Shown: positions 1 to 10,451 of the stretch, in pieces
How the letters are laid out: the number at the start of each line of letters is the position of its first letter
Position numbering within the stretch: position 1 is the stretch's first letter
Assembly: GCA_964558395.1 (NCBI GenBank)
Contig: CAZLDS010000006.1
Location: forward strand, 18,402-82,401
Length of the DNA stretch: 64,000 bases
Reading direction: 5' to 3'
Origin: an uncultured bacterium
GTDB lineage: Bacteria; Methylomirabilota; Methylomirabilia; Methylomirabilales; CSP1-5
Notes under the pieces: model-generated
Database searches by the model: none
Seen by the model: only the letters and a program-made list of their open reading frames with translations
What the model was told of the DNA's origin: nothing
Program-made: the position numbers and the translations under genes

Positions 1-620
1 GACATGCAGTCCATGTCATCTTTCTTGACGCGGATGATCAGGTTCTCGTCCGGCGGTTCAGTGAAAGCCGTCGGCCCCATCCGCTTGCCCCGCAGGGTGC
101 AATTCTTGGGGGGATTGGTCTGGAGCGACAACGGATGACCCAACTGAAGAGTGAGGCGGACAGGGTCATCGACACAAGCGGTCTTACTATCCATGACCTT
201 CGAAGGCTGTTGGTCAATACCTTCCGCGATCATCGACCGGGGAGCAAGACGACGATTAGCTTTGTTTCCTTCGGATATCGGCACGGCCTCCCGTCCGAGG
301 CGGACCTCGTCTTCGACCTCCGTTGTCTTCCCAATCCTCATTTTCAGGAGGAGTTGCGGCCCCTGACAGGGCAGCATCCCGCCGTTGCGAAGTTTCTCTT
401 GGAAGATCTGAACGTGACATCCTATCTGGACCAGCTGTGGGAGTTTCTCCATGTCACAATCCCTTACTATCTGCGCGAGGGAAGGGCCTATCTGATCGTT
501 GCCTTTGGCTGCACTGGCGGTCGACACCGATCGGTGTGCGTCGCCGAGTGCCTGAGCCGCCAGTTTCAGGCGAAGGGCCTGGAAGTGGGGGTGCGCCATC
601 GCGATATCGAAAAAGAATAA
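1..620 (+). CDS. rapZ: RapZ/YvcJ-family nucleotide-binding RNase adapter protein, 5' end cut by window edge
   Basis: Frame 3 is open from nt 3. The upstream translation HAVHVIFLDADDQVLVRRFSESRRPHPL runs into listed ORF 135..620 (VIDTSGLTIHDLR, FGYRHGLP, DLVFDLRCLPNPH, GCTGGRHRSV), matching the conserved RapZ C-terminal half. Confidence 0.8.
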   Translation, partial: HAVHVIFLDADDQVLVRRFSESRRPHPLAPQGAILGGIGLERQRMTQLKSEADRVIDTSGLTIHDLRRLLVNTFRDHRPGSKTTISFVSFGYRHGLPSEADLVFDLRCLPNPHFQEELRPLTGQHPAVAKFLLEDLNVTSYLDQLWEFLHVTIPYYLREGRAYLIVAFGCTGGRHRSVCVAECLSRQFQAKGLEVGVRHRDIEKE

Positions 621-624
621 TTGA

Positions 625-1443
625 ATGCCCGAAATTGCAAGCATCCCAGGGAAAGCACACTACGCTGGTCGATGGCGCCTTTTGCTCGACGAGCCGCGCG
701 ATGGCCCCACGAACATGGCCATCGACGAGGTGCTGGGGCTCGCGTGTGCGCGCGGCTGGAGTTCGCCCAGCCTGCGTCTGTACCGCTGGGCCGTCCCGAC
801 CGTCTCGCTGGGGTACAACCAGCCCATGCGCGGCGAGATAAACCATGATCTCTGCGTCGAGCAAGGGATTCCTCTGGTCCGCCGGCCGACGGGGGGCCGG
901 GCACTCCTGCACCACCACGAGCTGACGTACAGCCTTGCCGTCCCGATTCCGTACGGCAACCGGGGTGTTCTCCAAGATTACCGCTGGATCAGCCACTGCT
1001 TGCTCCTCGCCTTGAAAAGGTTAGGGGTGGTGGCGGCGTTGAGCCGAGGAACTCGGATAACGGATGAGGCCGGTGGTATGTGTTTTCTCTCGAGATCGCG
1101 GTATGAGTTGACCGTGAATGGGCGGAAAGTTTTGGGATCAGCGCAACGGCGGTTCAGCGGTGCCCTCCTGCAGCACGGATCCCTCTTGATCGATATAGAT
1201 CAGTCCGCCTGGACGACCCTCTTCCCCCAGGCGAGAGAGCTGAGAGCACGGGCAACGGCGCTCAAGAGTCTGCTGGGGCGATCGCCCGATTGGGAAGAGC
1301 TCGTGCAAGCCCTGCGGGGGGGATTTGAGGAGGGAGCCAAAGTTTCCCTCGAGCCGGGGGAACTGACCCTCCGAGAGCGATCCTTGGTGGAGGGGCTGGT
1401 GGCCAGCCGGTACGGAACCACCGAATGGACTTCTCGCCGCTAA
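625..1443 (+). CDS. lipoate-protein ligase / octanoyltransferase family protein (BPL/LPL catalytic domain)
   Basis: 272 aa ORF. VSLGYNQ, VRRPTGGRALLHHHELTYS and GRKVLGSAQRR resemble LplA/LipM-type ligase motifs. Starts 5 nt after the rapZ stop. Confidence 0.7.
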   Translation: MPEIASIPGKAHYAGRWRLLLDEPRDGPTNMAIDEVLGLACARGWSSPSLRLYRWAVPTVSLGYNQPMRGEINHDLCVEQGIPLVRRPTGGRALLHHHELTYSLAVPIPYGNRGVLQDYRWISHCLLLALKRLGVVAALSRGTRITDEAGGMCFLSRSRYELTVNGRKVLGSAQRRFSGALLQHGSLLIDIDQSAWTTLFPQARELRARATALKSLLGRSPDWEELVQALRGGFEEGAKVSLEPGELTLRERSLVEGLVASRYGTTEWTSRR

Positions 1444-1495
1444 AAACCCCTCCGCTAACGATCTTCTTTGGTGTGGTTGGCACGGAGTTGGCACC

Positions 1496-1524
1496 TTGAC
1501 AGTAAAACGGAGCTCTGGTACGCT
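1496..1524 (+). promoter_or_regulatory. sigma70-like promoter upstream of the TPR gene
   Basis: TTGACA (1496-1501), 17-bp spacer, TACGCT (1519-1524) preceded by TGG. A 6-bp hairpin AGCCCT-AGAG-AGGGCT lies in the predicted 5' UTR. Confidence 0.45.
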
Positions 1525-1585
1525 AAACACGGAAAATGTATGATTTTCTGAGCCCTAGAGAGGGCTGATCCAGGGTTAGGTCCAT

Positions 1586-3385
1586 ATGGAGACGAAGCGA
1601 CAACACCTCGAGAGCGCTTTGAGCTACGTTCAGCAGGGAAAGCTGGATCGAGCGATTGCTGAATACGAGGCGATCCTCCGGGGTGATCCCAACGACTCCA
1701 GTGTGCTGAACGCGCTGGGAGATCTGTGTGCCCGGACGGGGAGTAAGGCGGACGCCATCCGATATTTCTCACGCCTGGCCGAAGCCTATCGAATTGACGG
1801 CTTGTATGTACGCGCCGTGGCTGTTTACAAGAAAATGCTGAAGCTTGACCCCTTGAACGCGGAAGCCTCGCTGGCCTGTGGGGAGCTGTACGCCGAGCAG
1901 GGGCTGGTCGCGGAAGCCAAGCTGCAATTCCAGGGGCTGGCCGACCATTACCTGAGGCGGGGTAATATGAATGGCGTGGTGGGGATGTATGAAAAGATGA
2001 TCCGAATAGATCCGGGACACCGCCCAACTTTGCATAAGCTTGCGGGGATCCTCGTGAGACCCGGGCGGGTAGAGGAGGCCTTGAACAACCTCAATGGTTT
2101 GGGCGAACGTCTCGTCGGAGCCGGACAGGTAGAAGATGCTGGACAGATTTTCGAAAAGGCAGTGGAGCTCTTGCGATCTCAAGGGCGGGAGGCGGATGCG
2201 GTACGCTTCGCGCAGGGGCTCGATGCTCTGGGTTCTCCTGGGGCGGGACTCGAGGATGCAACAGCGGCCCTTTCTCCCGGGGAAGGAATTAACCTGGACG
2301 CGGAGCGAATACTCGCGGAGGAAACTTCCCCCCTGCAGATCTTCCCAGAGTCGCTTCTCGAAGAGGAAGGGGTATCGGCTCTGGAGGCGCCCGAGACGAT
2401 TGGGGAAAGATTGCAGCCCGATCTCGAGGACACGGCATCCCTTCATGATAAAGGCCTCTCCGTGGAGGATGCGGTGGAGGTCGATATCTCCATCGACGCA
2501 AGGACCGAATCCTTTGGGCGGATGGAGCCCGCGGCTATCGAGCTGGATCCCTCAAGGGAATCCGCAGAGCTGGTCCCCATTGCAGCAGAACCGTCAGAAA
2601 CTAGACGAGGGGTGGAGCCACAGACGCTGGAAGAGGAGCTACAAGAGGCGAACTTTTTCATGCAGCAGGGGATGCTCCAGGAGGCCCGGGCCATCTTCCA
2701 GCGGATTCTCCTACAGGATCCGGAACACCAGCTGGCTAAACAGCGCTTGGCGGAAATCGAGGGAGTAACACCAACGCCGACGAGTGAGGAAAGTCCTCGG
2801 CCGGATGTGAAAAAGCCGTCACTCTTTCGGGTGACTGACGCGAAAGCTCCTGAGGGGGAGTTTGTGGACCTTGCCGGCGAGTTGAATGCTGATCTGGGTC
2901 TGGCGGAGTCGTCTTCGTCGGCAGATCTCGAGCCCGAAGTGCAGGATCTGTTGTACCAACTCGATCAAGGGATCCGCGACCAACTCGACGTCGCGGACTA
3001 TGAGACACATTATAACTTAGGACTGGCTTATAGGGACTTGGAACTCTACGAGAAGGCCATTGAAGAATTTCGGCTGGCCGCCAAGGACGCTGCCCATCGG
3101 ATTCGGTGCGCAAGCCTTATCGGTCTCTGCTATTTAGCCAAGGGGGAGCCTGAACAGTCGGTACAGGAATTCCTCAAGGGGCTTGCGGTGGCACAGAGGG
3201 GCACCGAGGAACGGTGGGCGATCCTCTATGATCTCGGCACGGCGTATGAGGCATTCGGGGACCTAAGAAAGGCGCTTGAGACTCTGACGACCATCCATAG
3301 CGAGGCGCCGAAGTTTCGAGACATTCGCGTACGAATCCGGGACGTGAGGGCCCGTATAGCAAAGATCCGAGGGTCCTCGCGATAA
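1586..3385 (+). CDS. TPR-repeat protein with acidic, low-complexity central linker
   Basis: 599 aa. TPR-like helices at both ends (AIAEYEAILRGDPND, YNLGLAYRDLELYEKAIEEF) and a Glu/Asp/Pro-rich middle. Confidence 0.6.
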   Translation: METKRQHLESALSYVQQGKLDRAIAEYEAILRGDPNDSSVLNALGDLCARTGSKADAIRYFSRLAEAYRIDGLYVRAVAVYKKMLKLDPLNAEASLACGELYAEQGLVAEAKLQFQGLADHYLRRGNMNGVVGMYEKMIRIDPGHRPTLHKLAGILVRPGRVEEALNNLNGLGERLVGAGQVEDAGQIFEKAVELLRSQGREADAVRFAQGLDALGSPGAGLEDATAALSPGEGINLDAERILAEETSPLQIFPESLLEEEGVSALEAPETIGERLQPDLEDTASLHDKGLSVEDAVEVDISIDARTESFGRMEPAAIELDPSRESAELVPIAAEPSETRRGVEPQTLEEELQEANFFMQQGMLQEARAIFQRILLQDPEHQLAKQRLAEIEGVTPTPTSEESPRPDVKKPSLFRVTDAKAPEGEFVDLAGELNADLGLAESSSSADLEPEVQDLLYQLDQGIRDQLDVADYETHYNLGLAYRDLELYEKAIEEFRLAAKDAAHRIRCASLIGLCYLAKGEPEQSVQEFLKGLAVAQRGTEERWAILYDLGTAYEAFGDLRKALETLTTIHSEAPKFRDIRVRIRDVRARIAKIRGSSR

Positions 3386-3517
3386 GGGATGGTGAGCTGT
3401 GTTAGGTTGGACTCTCCGGGCACCAGATTTCCTTGATCAGAGGCAAGGTGCCGTCTTGGAGGATGCCCTCGGTTAAGGACGTGGTCCGCTCGCTCACATG
3501 ATGCCAGGTGGCCTCCA

Positions 3518-4087
3518 TTGAATCTGCCGAATACGCTTAGCCTGGTTCGAATCTTCCTTGTCCCCTTTCTTGTCGTTTTCCTGATCGCCACCGCTGAACC
3601 CCGGAATTATTTGGCGGCGGGCATCTTTGTTGCGGCGGTCTTTACCGATTGGCTGGACGGTCGGATCGCTCGGAGCCGCAGGCAGGTCACCACACTTGGG
3701 CAGCTGTTAGATCCCATCGCCGACAAGCTGTTGATTGCGGCGGCGCTTATCTCTCTGGTAGAGATCCGGCGGGTGGCGGCCTGGGTGGCCACAGTTATCA
3801 TTGGGCGAGATATTGCGATCACCGGACTCCGCAGCATTGCCGCGTCCCAGGGGCTCATCATTTCCGCCTCGCAGCTGGGAAAGTACAAGATGGGGGCGGA
3901 GGTGATTGCCGTGATTCTGCTCATCCTCGATCCCGGGGTCTCACGGGTTATCGGTCTCGCTCTTACCCTTGGAGGGTTGGCGCTCGGCGTGGCGCTCGTC
4001 TTGAGCGTTGCCTCCGGGATCGACTATTTTGTGCGCTTTTGGCGACAGCTCGGCCTTGGAGTAACGGTCCAATCCAAAGGGGATTGA
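3518..4087 (+). CDS. pgsA: CDP-diacylglycerol--glycerol-3-phosphate 3-phosphatidyltransferase
   Basis: 189 aa. CDP-alcohol phosphatidyltransferase motif DWLDGRIAR...[12 protein letters not shown]. Multiple TM segments. TTG start. Confidence 0.8.
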   Translation: MNLPNTLSLVRIFLVPFLVVFLIATAEPRNYLAAGIFVAAVFTDWLDGRIARSRRQVTTLGQLLDPIADKLLIAAALISLVEIRRVAAWVATVIIGRDIAITGLRSIAASQGLIISASQLGKYKMGAEVIAVILLILDPGVSRVIGLALTLGGLALGVALVLSVASGIDYFVRFWRQLGLGVTVQSKGD

Positions 4088-4088
4088 G

Positions 4089-5321
4089 TTGGGTCTGATC
4101 GTCCAGAAGTACGGGGGAACGTCAGTAGGAGACCTCGAGCGGCTGAAGCATGTCGCCAGACGGATCGTGGAGGCGAGAGGGGCCGGAAATGAGGTGGTGG
4201 TCGTCGTGTCGGCCATCGCCGGAGAGACGGATCGGCTTCTGCAGCTTGCTCATCAGGTCACCGAACATCCTGATTCCCGTGAGCTGGATGTTATCCTGGC
4301 GACGGGAGAACAGGTGGCCATCGGGCTCCTCTCCTTAGCTATCCAGGGCTGTGGGGCCAAGGCGCGCTCCTTTACCGGAACGCAGGTGCGGATTCTCACG
4401 GATAACGTGCATACCAGGGCCCGGATTCTCAATATCGACGTCGAGCGGATCCGGCAAGCGCTCGAGGAAGGGGAAATTGCCATTGTGGCTGGGTTTCAGG
4501 GGGTCAACGCCGAGGAAGAGGTGACGACCCTCGGCCGGGGAGGGTCAGATCTCACGGCTGTTGCCTTGGCCGCCGCCTTACAGGCCCACGTCTGCGAGAT
4601 CTATACCGATGTCGAGGGAGTGTATACGGCCGACCCCACTCTGGTTCCTACGGCGCGGAAACTTGCCCAGGTCACGTACGAGGAGATGATCGAGATCGCG
4701 AGCCTGGGGACCAAGGTACTCCAGACACGGGCCGTCGAGTATGCCAAGAACTACAACGTGTCGATTCATGTACGTTCGAGCTTCACCAAGAATCCAGGAA
4801 CCCTGCTGGTCCGGGAGGATCAAGCCATGGAGAAGGTTGTGGTCTCGGGAATTGCCTATAACAAGGATGAGGCGAAGATCACGATCACTCGTGTGGTCGA
4901 TCGTCCCGGAATCGCCGCCAAGCTTTTTGGCAAAGTAGCGGAGGCCGGGATTGTGGTAGACATGATCGTCCAAAACATCAGCCAGGACGGTCATACCGAT
5001 ATCTCTTTTACGGTTCCGAGGGCCGACTTTCGCAAGGCGATGGAGCTCGTCGATGGGTTGGCGAGAGAGATCGGAGCGGACCAGGTCCTTGGAGACGACC
5101 GGATTGCCAAGGTGTCCATGGTGGGGGTAGGCATGCGGACCCATTCGGGCGTGGCCGCGAGGATGTTTGCTGCGTTGGCAAAAGAAAGTATCAATATCAT
5201 GATGATTAGCACCTCAGAGATTAAGGTGTCATGCGTGATCGAGGCGAAGTACACAGAGCTCGCGGTGCGGGTCCTCCATGATGCGTTTGAGTTGGCAGGC
5301 CAGCCGACGGGGGACAGATGA
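4089..5321 (+). CDS. lysC: aspartate kinase (with C-terminal ACT domains)
   Basis: 410 aa. [11 protein letters not shown]-terminus, [16 protein letters not shown], two ACT-like repeats. TTG start 1 nt after the pgsA stop. Confidence 0.9.
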   Translation: MGLIVQKYGGTSVGDLERLKHVARRIVEARGAGNEVVVVVSAIAGETDRLLQLAHQVTEHPDSRELDVILATGEQVAIGLLSLAIQGCGAKARSFTGTQVRILTDNVHTRARILNIDVERIRQALEEGEIAIVAGFQGVNAEEEVTTLGRGGSDLTAVALAAALQAHVCEIYTDVEGVYTADPTLVPTARKLAQVTYEEMIEIASLGTKVLQTRAVEYAKNYNVSIHVRSSFTKNPGTLLVREDQAMEKVVVSGIAYNKDEAKITITRVVDRPGIAAKLFGKVAEAGIVVDMIVQNISQDGHTDISFTVPRADFRKAMELVDGLAREIGADQVLGDDRIAKVSMVGVGMRTHSGVAARMFAALAKESINIMMISTSEIKVSCVIEAKYTELAVRVLHDAFELAGQPTGDR

Positions 5322-5710
5322 ATATTCGTTCCTTGGCGCCCGCCGATGTGGCCTTCGCCACACTGCTCTTGCTGATCCTCGTTCTCTTCACCTTCAGGGC
5401 ACCCACGATGGTGGAGGAGCCAGGTTTTACTGTCCGATCTGAGGTAAAGCCCGAACCGGATCTGCAACGTGACGGATCAGTCCTCGAGGGTCTTCGGGTG
5501 AATCCCAATCGGGCCGATGCGCAAGACTTGACCGCTCTACCGGGAGTGGGGCCAGCCCTGGCCGAGACGATTGTACAGTTTCGAGAGGTACACGGCCCTT
5601 TCGGGCGCCTCGGCGATCTTCGAGAGGTGCCGGGGATCGGCGCCAAGCGGCTGCAGAAGATGCGCCCGTATTTGACCCTGGAAGAGGAGGCGCGATGGTC
5701 TACCAAGTGA
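5318..5710 (+). CDS. comEA: ComEA-like helix-hairpin-helix DNA-binding protein
   Basis: 130 aa. N-terminal TM segment. VNPNRADAQDLTALPGVGPALAETIVQFRE..GPF..LGDLREVPGIGAKRL is the ComEA HhH signature. Confidence 0.7.
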   Translation: MNIRSLAPADVAFATLLLLILVLFTFRAPTMVEEPGFTVRSEVKPEPDLQRDGSVLEGLRVNPNRADAQDLTALPGVGPALAETIVQFREVHGPFGRLGDLREVPGIGAKRLQKMRPYLTLEEEARWSTK

Positions 5711-6402
5711 AGCTTCCAGCATTTGAGGGGCCGTTGGACTTGCTACTCCATCTCATCCGGGTCGACGAAGTCGACATCTACGATATTCCGATCGCACGGA
5801 TTACCGATGAGTACTTCCAATACCTTGCCTTGCTCCAAGAGTTGGATCTTGACGTCGCGGGAGAATTCCTCGTTATGGCAGCCACCTTGGTGTATATCAA
5901 GTCGAAAATGCTGTTACCGGCTGACCCATCTGCACCCGAGGAGCCACTCGCAGAGGACCCCCGGACCCCATTGGTCGATATGCTTTTGGAGTATCAGCGC
6001 TTTCGAGCGGCGGCCGAAACGTTGTCGGGGCGAGAGGATCAGCAACGACAGTTTTTCTTTCGTTCGATCCCCCTGGAAGTTCCTGCGGGGGGAGAGACAC
6101 TTGAGGTGAATCTTTTTGACCTCCTTGCGGCGTTTCGGGAAGTGCTCGAGCGTGCCAAGGATCAGCCGGTCCTGGACATCGTTGCTCGGCCGGTGACCAC
6201 GGGCGAGCGGATGGTGGCGATCCTAGATAGGGTTGCAGTGGAAGCTTCCGTCAGCTTCGGATCGCTGTTTCCACCAGGCGCGGATCGGCGCACCGTGATC
6301 ATAACCTTCCTGGCCCTCTTGGAGCTTCTGCGGCAGGGATCGATCCGTGTCCAGCAGCGGCTCGACTTCGGCGAGATTGTCGTCATGCGAGCCCTGGCAT
6401 GA
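5695..6402 (+). CDS. scpA: segregation and condensation protein A (kleisin)
   Basis: 235 aa. FEGPLDLLLHLIRVDEVDIYDIPIARITDEY is typical of the ScpA N-terminus. Overlaps scpB. Confidence 0.85.
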   Translation: MVYQVKLPAFEGPLDLLLHLIRVDEVDIYDIPIARITDEYFQYLALLQELDLDVAGEFLVMAATLVYIKSKMLLPADPSAPEEPLAEDPRTPLVDMLLEYQRFRAAAETLSGREDQQRQFFFRSIPLEVPAGGETLEVNLFDLLAAFREVLERAKDQPVLDIVARPVTTGERMVAILDRVAVEASVSFGSLFPPGADRRTVIITFLALLELLRQGSIRVQQRLDFGEIVVMRALA

Positions 6403-6971
6403 GCCAAGATCAGATGGCAATTTTGGAAGCGCTATTATTTGCCTCTCCTGATCCTCTCTCGATCGAGCACCTCCAGGTAATCCTGGGCGACGTAGAGAAA
6501 GAGAGGGTAGTCAGTCGCCTCAGTTCTCTTCAGGAAGCGTATGAAAAGAATGGTTCAGGGCTCACGATCGTTCAGGTCGCCGGTGGCTTTCGGATGTCGA
6601 CGCGCCCTGATCTCCACCCGTGGCTCGGTCGGCTGGCCAGGACGCGCCCCGCGCGGCTTTCGCGACCGGCCCTTGAAACGCTAGCCATCATTGCCTACCG
6701 GCAACCGATCACGAAGACTGAAATTGAGGCCGTCCGCGGCGTCTTGGTGGACGGGGTCCTCAAGACTCTCATGGAGCGAGATCTTATCCGGGTCCTCGGG
6801 CGAAAGCGGGAGGTCGGCAGGCCGCTTCTCTACGGAACCACGCGAAAATTTTTAGAATATTTTGGTTTCCACGATATTACCGAGCTTCCCTCCACTCAGG
6901 AGATCGAAGCCCTCATCCCGCCGCGACAGGACACAGATGAGACCATGAGGGCGGAGAGAGAAGATTCTTAA
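6399..6971 (+). CDS. scpB: segregation and condensation protein B
   Basis: 190 aa. LEALLFAS..PLS, ETLAIIAYRQPITKTEIEAVRGV, GRPLLYGTT..FLEYFG. Confidence 0.85.
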   Translation: MSQDQMAILEALLFASPDPLSIEHLQVILGDVEKERVVSRLSSLQEAYEKNGSGLTIVQVAGGFRMSTRPDLHPWLGRLARTRPARLSRPALETLAIIAYRQPITKTEIEAVRGVLVDGVLKTLMERDLIRVLGRKREVGRPLLYGTTRKFLEYFGFHDITELPSTQEIEALIPPRQDTDETMRAEREDS

Positions 6972-6986
6972 CCCAGGTGTGACCTC

Positions 6987-7003
6987 TTGACTGTGGCTAT
7001 AAT
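6987..7003 (+). promoter_or_regulatory. possible -10 element upstream of pheA
   Basis: Perfect TATAAT at 6998-7003. TTGACT at 6987-6992 is only 5 bp away, so there is no properly spaced -35. Confidence 0.3.
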
Positions 7004-7020
7004 GTGGCGTTCTTGGCGCT

Positions 7021-8133
7021 GTGACCGCAGACAAACAGCAGGTGAAAGAAGCCATGGGAATCGAAGAACTCCGTCGACAGATCGATGCCCTTGATAGCGA
7101 AGTCCTTGAGCTGCTAAATCGCCGGGCCGAAATCGTGGGAAAGATCGGGGAGGAGAAAAGCAAGGGGAATATTGCCTACCACTCCCCTGAGCGGGAGGAG
7201 GAAATCATCGGTCGCCTGACGCGGGAGAACCGGGGACCGTTCCCCAGCAGGGCAGTCAGAGGGGTCTACCGGGAGATCCTGTCTGCGTGCCTCTCTTTGG
7301 AGCAGACTCTCAAGGTGGGCTACCTTGGACCTCAGGCAACCTTCACCCATATGGCCTGCATGAAGCGATTTGGCCAGTTGGCCGAATATATCCCCCTGCG
7401 AGGGATTGGGGACGTCTTCAAAGAGGTGGAAAAGGGAAAGGCAGACTATGGGGTCGTGCCGGTCGAGAACTCGACCGAGGGGATGGTGAGTCACACCCTT
7501 GATATGTTTGTTGATTCCGACTTGAACATTTGCGGCGAGATCCTTATGGAGGTGTCGCACCACCTCCTGTCCAAGCACGGAGAGAAGGGGCGGATCGCGA
7601 AGATCTACTCCCACCCCCACGCAATCGCCCAGTCCCGAAATTGGCTGGACGCGAATATGGCACGAGTCGCGCTCTTCGAAGTTCCCTCTACGGCCGCAGC
7701 AGCGGAGATCGCGGCGAAGGACGAGACAGCAGCGGCCATCGCGTCGGAGCTGGCGAGTCGCCTGTACGACCTGAAAATGGTGGCATCCCGGATTGAAGAT
7801 AGCCCGTATAATTTTACGCGGTTCCTCATCATCGGACAGACATCGAGCCCCATGACGGGGAATGACAAAACCTCCATCCTCTTTGCGATCCGGGACCGGG
7901 TCGGGGCGCTCTTCCGGATGCTTGAGCCCTTTGCCCATCACCAAATCAACTTGACCAAGATCGAATCGCGCCCCTCGCGCTACCGCGTCTGGGAGTATAT
8001 CTTCTATGTGGATTTTGAGGGACACGCCGGGGAAACGCCGGTGAAGGCTGCGCTGGAGCGGCTCCGGGAGGAATGTCTCTTTCTCAAGGTCCTGGGCTCG
8101 TATGCCAGGGAGCCGCTTCGGGCCAAGAGCTGA
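7021..8133 (+). CDS. pheA: bifunctional chorismate mutase / prephenate dehydratase (P-protein, with ACT domain)
   Basis: 370 aa. CM helix LRRQIDALDSEVLELLNRRAEI, PDT core VGYLGPQATFTH..VPVENSTEGMV, ACT tail. ATG at 7054 (MGIEELRRQID, preceded by AGGTGA) is a plausible alternative start. Confidence 0.9.
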   Translation: MTADKQQVKEAMGIEELRRQIDALDSEVLELLNRRAEIVGKIGEEKSKGNIAYHSPEREEEIIGRLTRENRGPFPSRAVRGVYREILSACLSLEQTLKVGYLGPQATFTHMACMKRFGQLAEYIPLRGIGDVFKEVEKGKADYGVVPVENSTEGMVSHTLDMFVDSDLNICGEILMEVSHHLLSKHGEKGRIAKIYSHPHAIAQSRNWLDANMARVALFEVPSTAAAAEIAAKDETAAAIASELASRLYDLKMVASRIEDSPYNFTRFLIIGQTSSPMTGNDKTSILFAIRDRVGALFRMLEPFAHHQINLTKIESRPSRYRVWEYIFYVDFEGHAGETPVKAALERLREECLFLKVLGSYAREPLRAKS

Positions 8134-8196
8134 CGCGGCCCACAGCGACGCGTCCTCGCTGGGTCTCATCGGCGGTGGACGACGAAGGATGAAACG

Positions 8197-9321
8197 GTGA
8201 AGCGTAAGGACAAATCGCTTGCAGAGTTGGCACAGCCCCATGTTCTCGGGCTGATCCCATATGGCCCGGGGAGACCGATTGAGGAAGTGAAGCGAGAGCT
8301 CGGCCTTGACGAAGTGGTCAAGCTTGCCTCCAACGAAAATCCCCTGGGACCCTCCCCATTCGCCGTACAGGCCATTCGGGAGGCGCTTCAAGGGCTTCAC
8401 CGGTATCCGCATGGAGGCTGTCACAGCCTACGGCAGCGGCTGAGTCAGCACCTGGACGTGAGACCGGAAGAGCTCTGCTTCGGAAACGGAAGCAACGAGC
8501 TCTTGGAGCTCGTTACCCGCGCCTTTTTGGGACCGGAGGATGAGGCGGTCATGGGGGATCCGGCCTTTGTGGTGTATCGGCATGTATGTCAGGCTGTCGG
8601 ATCCAAGATCCGAGAGATCCCGCTCAAAGATTATACGCACGATTTGCGTGGGATGTTGCAGGCGGTCACTGCTCGGACGAAGCTCGTCTTTCTGGGAAAC
8701 CCGAATAATCCTACGGGAACGTGTGTCGCGCCGACGCAGTTGTATGCGTTTCTGGAAGCGCTTCCCGGGCATGTTATCCTCGTTGTGGATGAGGCATACC
8801 GGGAGTATGTGCCGCTGGATCTCCAACCAGACCTTCTTGGGTACATCCGGGATGGACGTTATCTCCTCACGCTGCGGACCTTTTCGAAAGCGTATGGTCT
8901 CGCGGGACTTCGGATCGGCTACGGAATTGGGCCTGCCGAGATGGTAGAAATTCTGAACCGGGTGCGACAACCCTTCAATGTCAATGCCTTAGCCCAGCAG
9001 GCGGCCTTGGCTGCGCTTGATGATACTGCCCACCTCGAGGAGACATTGCGAATCACTGAAGTAGGCCGAAGAAGCCTCCAGGGCCACTTGGACGAGATGG
9101 GACTTTCGTACGCTCCGAGTGTGACCAACTTCATTCTCGTCGACGTCGGCGTTGAGGGCAAGGTGTTGTCCCACAGCCTCCTTCGTAAGGGAGTTATTGT
9201 TCGGTCTATGGAAGGGTATGGTTTCCCCACACATATTCGGATAACGGTGGGGATACCGCAGGAGAATACGCGCGCGATCAAGGCGCTCGCCGACGCGCTC
9301 GACGAGGCGAGACAGCGGTGA
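8197..9321 (+). CDS. hisC: histidinol-phosphate / aromatic aminotransferase (class II PLP enzyme)
   Basis: 374 aa. KLASNENPLGPSP, NPNNPTG, LRTFSKAYGLAGLRIGY (PLP lysine motif). Confidence 0.8.
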   Translation: MKRKDKSLAELAQPHVLGLIPYGPGRPIEEVKRELGLDEVVKLASNENPLGPSPFAVQAIREALQGLHRYPHGGCHSLRQRLSQHLDVRPEELCFGNGSNELLELVTRAFLGPEDEAVMGDPAFVVYRHVCQAVGSKIREIPLKDYTHDLRGMLQAVTARTKLVFLGNPNNPTGTCVAPTQLYAFLEALPGHVILVVDEAYREYVPLDLQPDLLGYIRDGRYLLTLRTFSKAYGLAGLRIGYGIGPAEMVEILNRVRQPFNVNALAQQAALAALDDTAHLEETLRITEVGRRSLQGHLDEMGLSYAPSVTNFILVDVGVEGKVLSHSLLRKGVIVRSMEGYGFPTHIRITVGIPQENTRAIKALADALDEARQR

Positions 9322-9355
9322 GGTCATGGGGTTCCACAGGGACGGGGAGTGAACC

Positions 9356-10369
9356 ATGATCATCGTCATGCGATCCGGCGCCACTCAGGCAGACATTGAC
9401 CAGGTCGTGGAGCGCATTGCGCAGCACGGATTAAAGCCTCATATCTCGACAGGCGTGGAACGGACGATTATCGGGGCCATTGGAGATGAACGGGTCCTGC
9501 GCAATGTCCCGTTCCAAGCATTGCCCGGGGTCGAAGAAGTTCTTCCCATCCTGAAACCCTTCAAGCTTGCCAGCCGAGATTTTAAAGCCGAGCCAAGCGT
9601 GGTCGAAGTCAATGGCGTGGCCATAGGAGGGAAGCGACTGGCCGTGATTGGCGGCCCCTGCTCGGTGGAGGGGCGTCAGATGCTGTTGGATATGGCACGA
9701 GTGGTCAAGGAGGCGGGGGGCACGCTGCTGAGGGGCGGGGCTTTTAAACCGAGGACGTCCCCCTATTCGTTTCAAGGGCTAGGAGAGGAGGCCCTCAAGT
9801 ATCTAGCTGAAGTTCGGGAGGTCACCGGACTGCCGGTGGTCACTGAACTGATGGACCCTCGGGACGCAGAGCTCGTCATGAAGTATGCCGACATGATCCA
9901 GATTGGCGCCAGGAACATGCAAAACTTTCGACTCCTCAAAGAGGTGGGTATCCATCGCAAGCCGGTCTTCTTAAAACGAGGAATGAGCTCCACGATCAGC
10001 GAGCTCCTCATGTCGGCCGAGTACATCATGTCGGAGGGAAACTACAACATTGTCCTGTGCGAGAGGGGCATCCGGACATTCGAGGACTACACGCGGAACA
10101 CCCTGGATCTATCCGCGGTGCCGTCCCTCAAGCAGCTCTCTCACCTTCCAGTCATCGTCGACCCGAGTCACGCCGCGGGGAAGTGGGATCTGGTCGCCCC
10201 GCTTGCCTTGGGGGCCATCGCCGCCGGTGCCGATGGCCTGATGATCGAGGTGCATCCACAACCGGGGGAGGCCTTGTCGGATGGACCCCAGGCCCTGCTC
10301 CCCGAACGGTTCACGGTGCTCATGCAACAGATACGGGCCTTGGCGCCCATCGTGGGACGGACCCTGTAA
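9356..10369 (+). CDS. aroF: 3-deoxy-7-phosphoheptulonate (DAHP) synthase, type I-beta with N-terminal regulatory ferredoxin-like domain
   Basis: 337 aa. N-terminal [32 protein letters not shown] domain, then [31 protein letters not shown]. Confidence 0.85.
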   Translation: MIIVMRSGATQADIDQVVERIAQHGLKPHISTGVERTIIGAIGDERVLRNVPFQALPGVEEVLPILKPFKLASRDFKAEPSVVEVNGVAIGGKRLAVIGGPCSVEGRQMLLDMARVVKEAGGTLLRGGAFKPRTSPYSFQGLGEEALKYLAEVREVTGLPVVTELMDPRDAELVMKYADMIQIGARNMQNFRLLKEVGIHRKPVFLKRGMSSTISELLMSAEYIMSEGNYNIVLCERGIRTFEDYTRNTLDLSAVPSLKQLSHLPVIVDPSHAAGKWDLVAPLALGAIAAGADGLMIEVHPQPGEALSDGPQALLPERFTVLMQQIRALAPIVGRTL

Positions 10370-10451
10370 ATACGATGAGAAACCTCCGACAACCGATCGC
10401 CCAATTCAGACCCTCATCGGACTTCGGTCATCGAACGATGGACAGTGCACT

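Noticed and set aside
7114-8424. Very long antisense ORFs opposite well-supported genes. Examples are 7114..8424 (-) opposite pheA/hisC, 19668..20570 (-) and 20455..21420 (-) opposite sdhCA, 61169..62137 (-) opposite aroC, and 43691..44461 (-) opposite trpE/G.
   Set aside because: Their translations are Arg/Pro/Gly-rich and low-complexity with no motifs. The opposite strand encodes textbook enzymes. Such shadow ORFs are expected in GC-rich DNA.
10281-10451. Upstream extensions of listed ORFs: tyrA from 10281, ndk from 25529, acpP from 30669, nusB to 33001, ribH to 33452, aroC from 61100, fimT-like from 51762 and pilV-like from 52247.
   Set aside because: The extensions overlap the preceding gene and translate to low-complexity sequence. 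The canonical N-termini, with SD sequences, begin at internal start codons, so the coordinates were trimmed accordingly.
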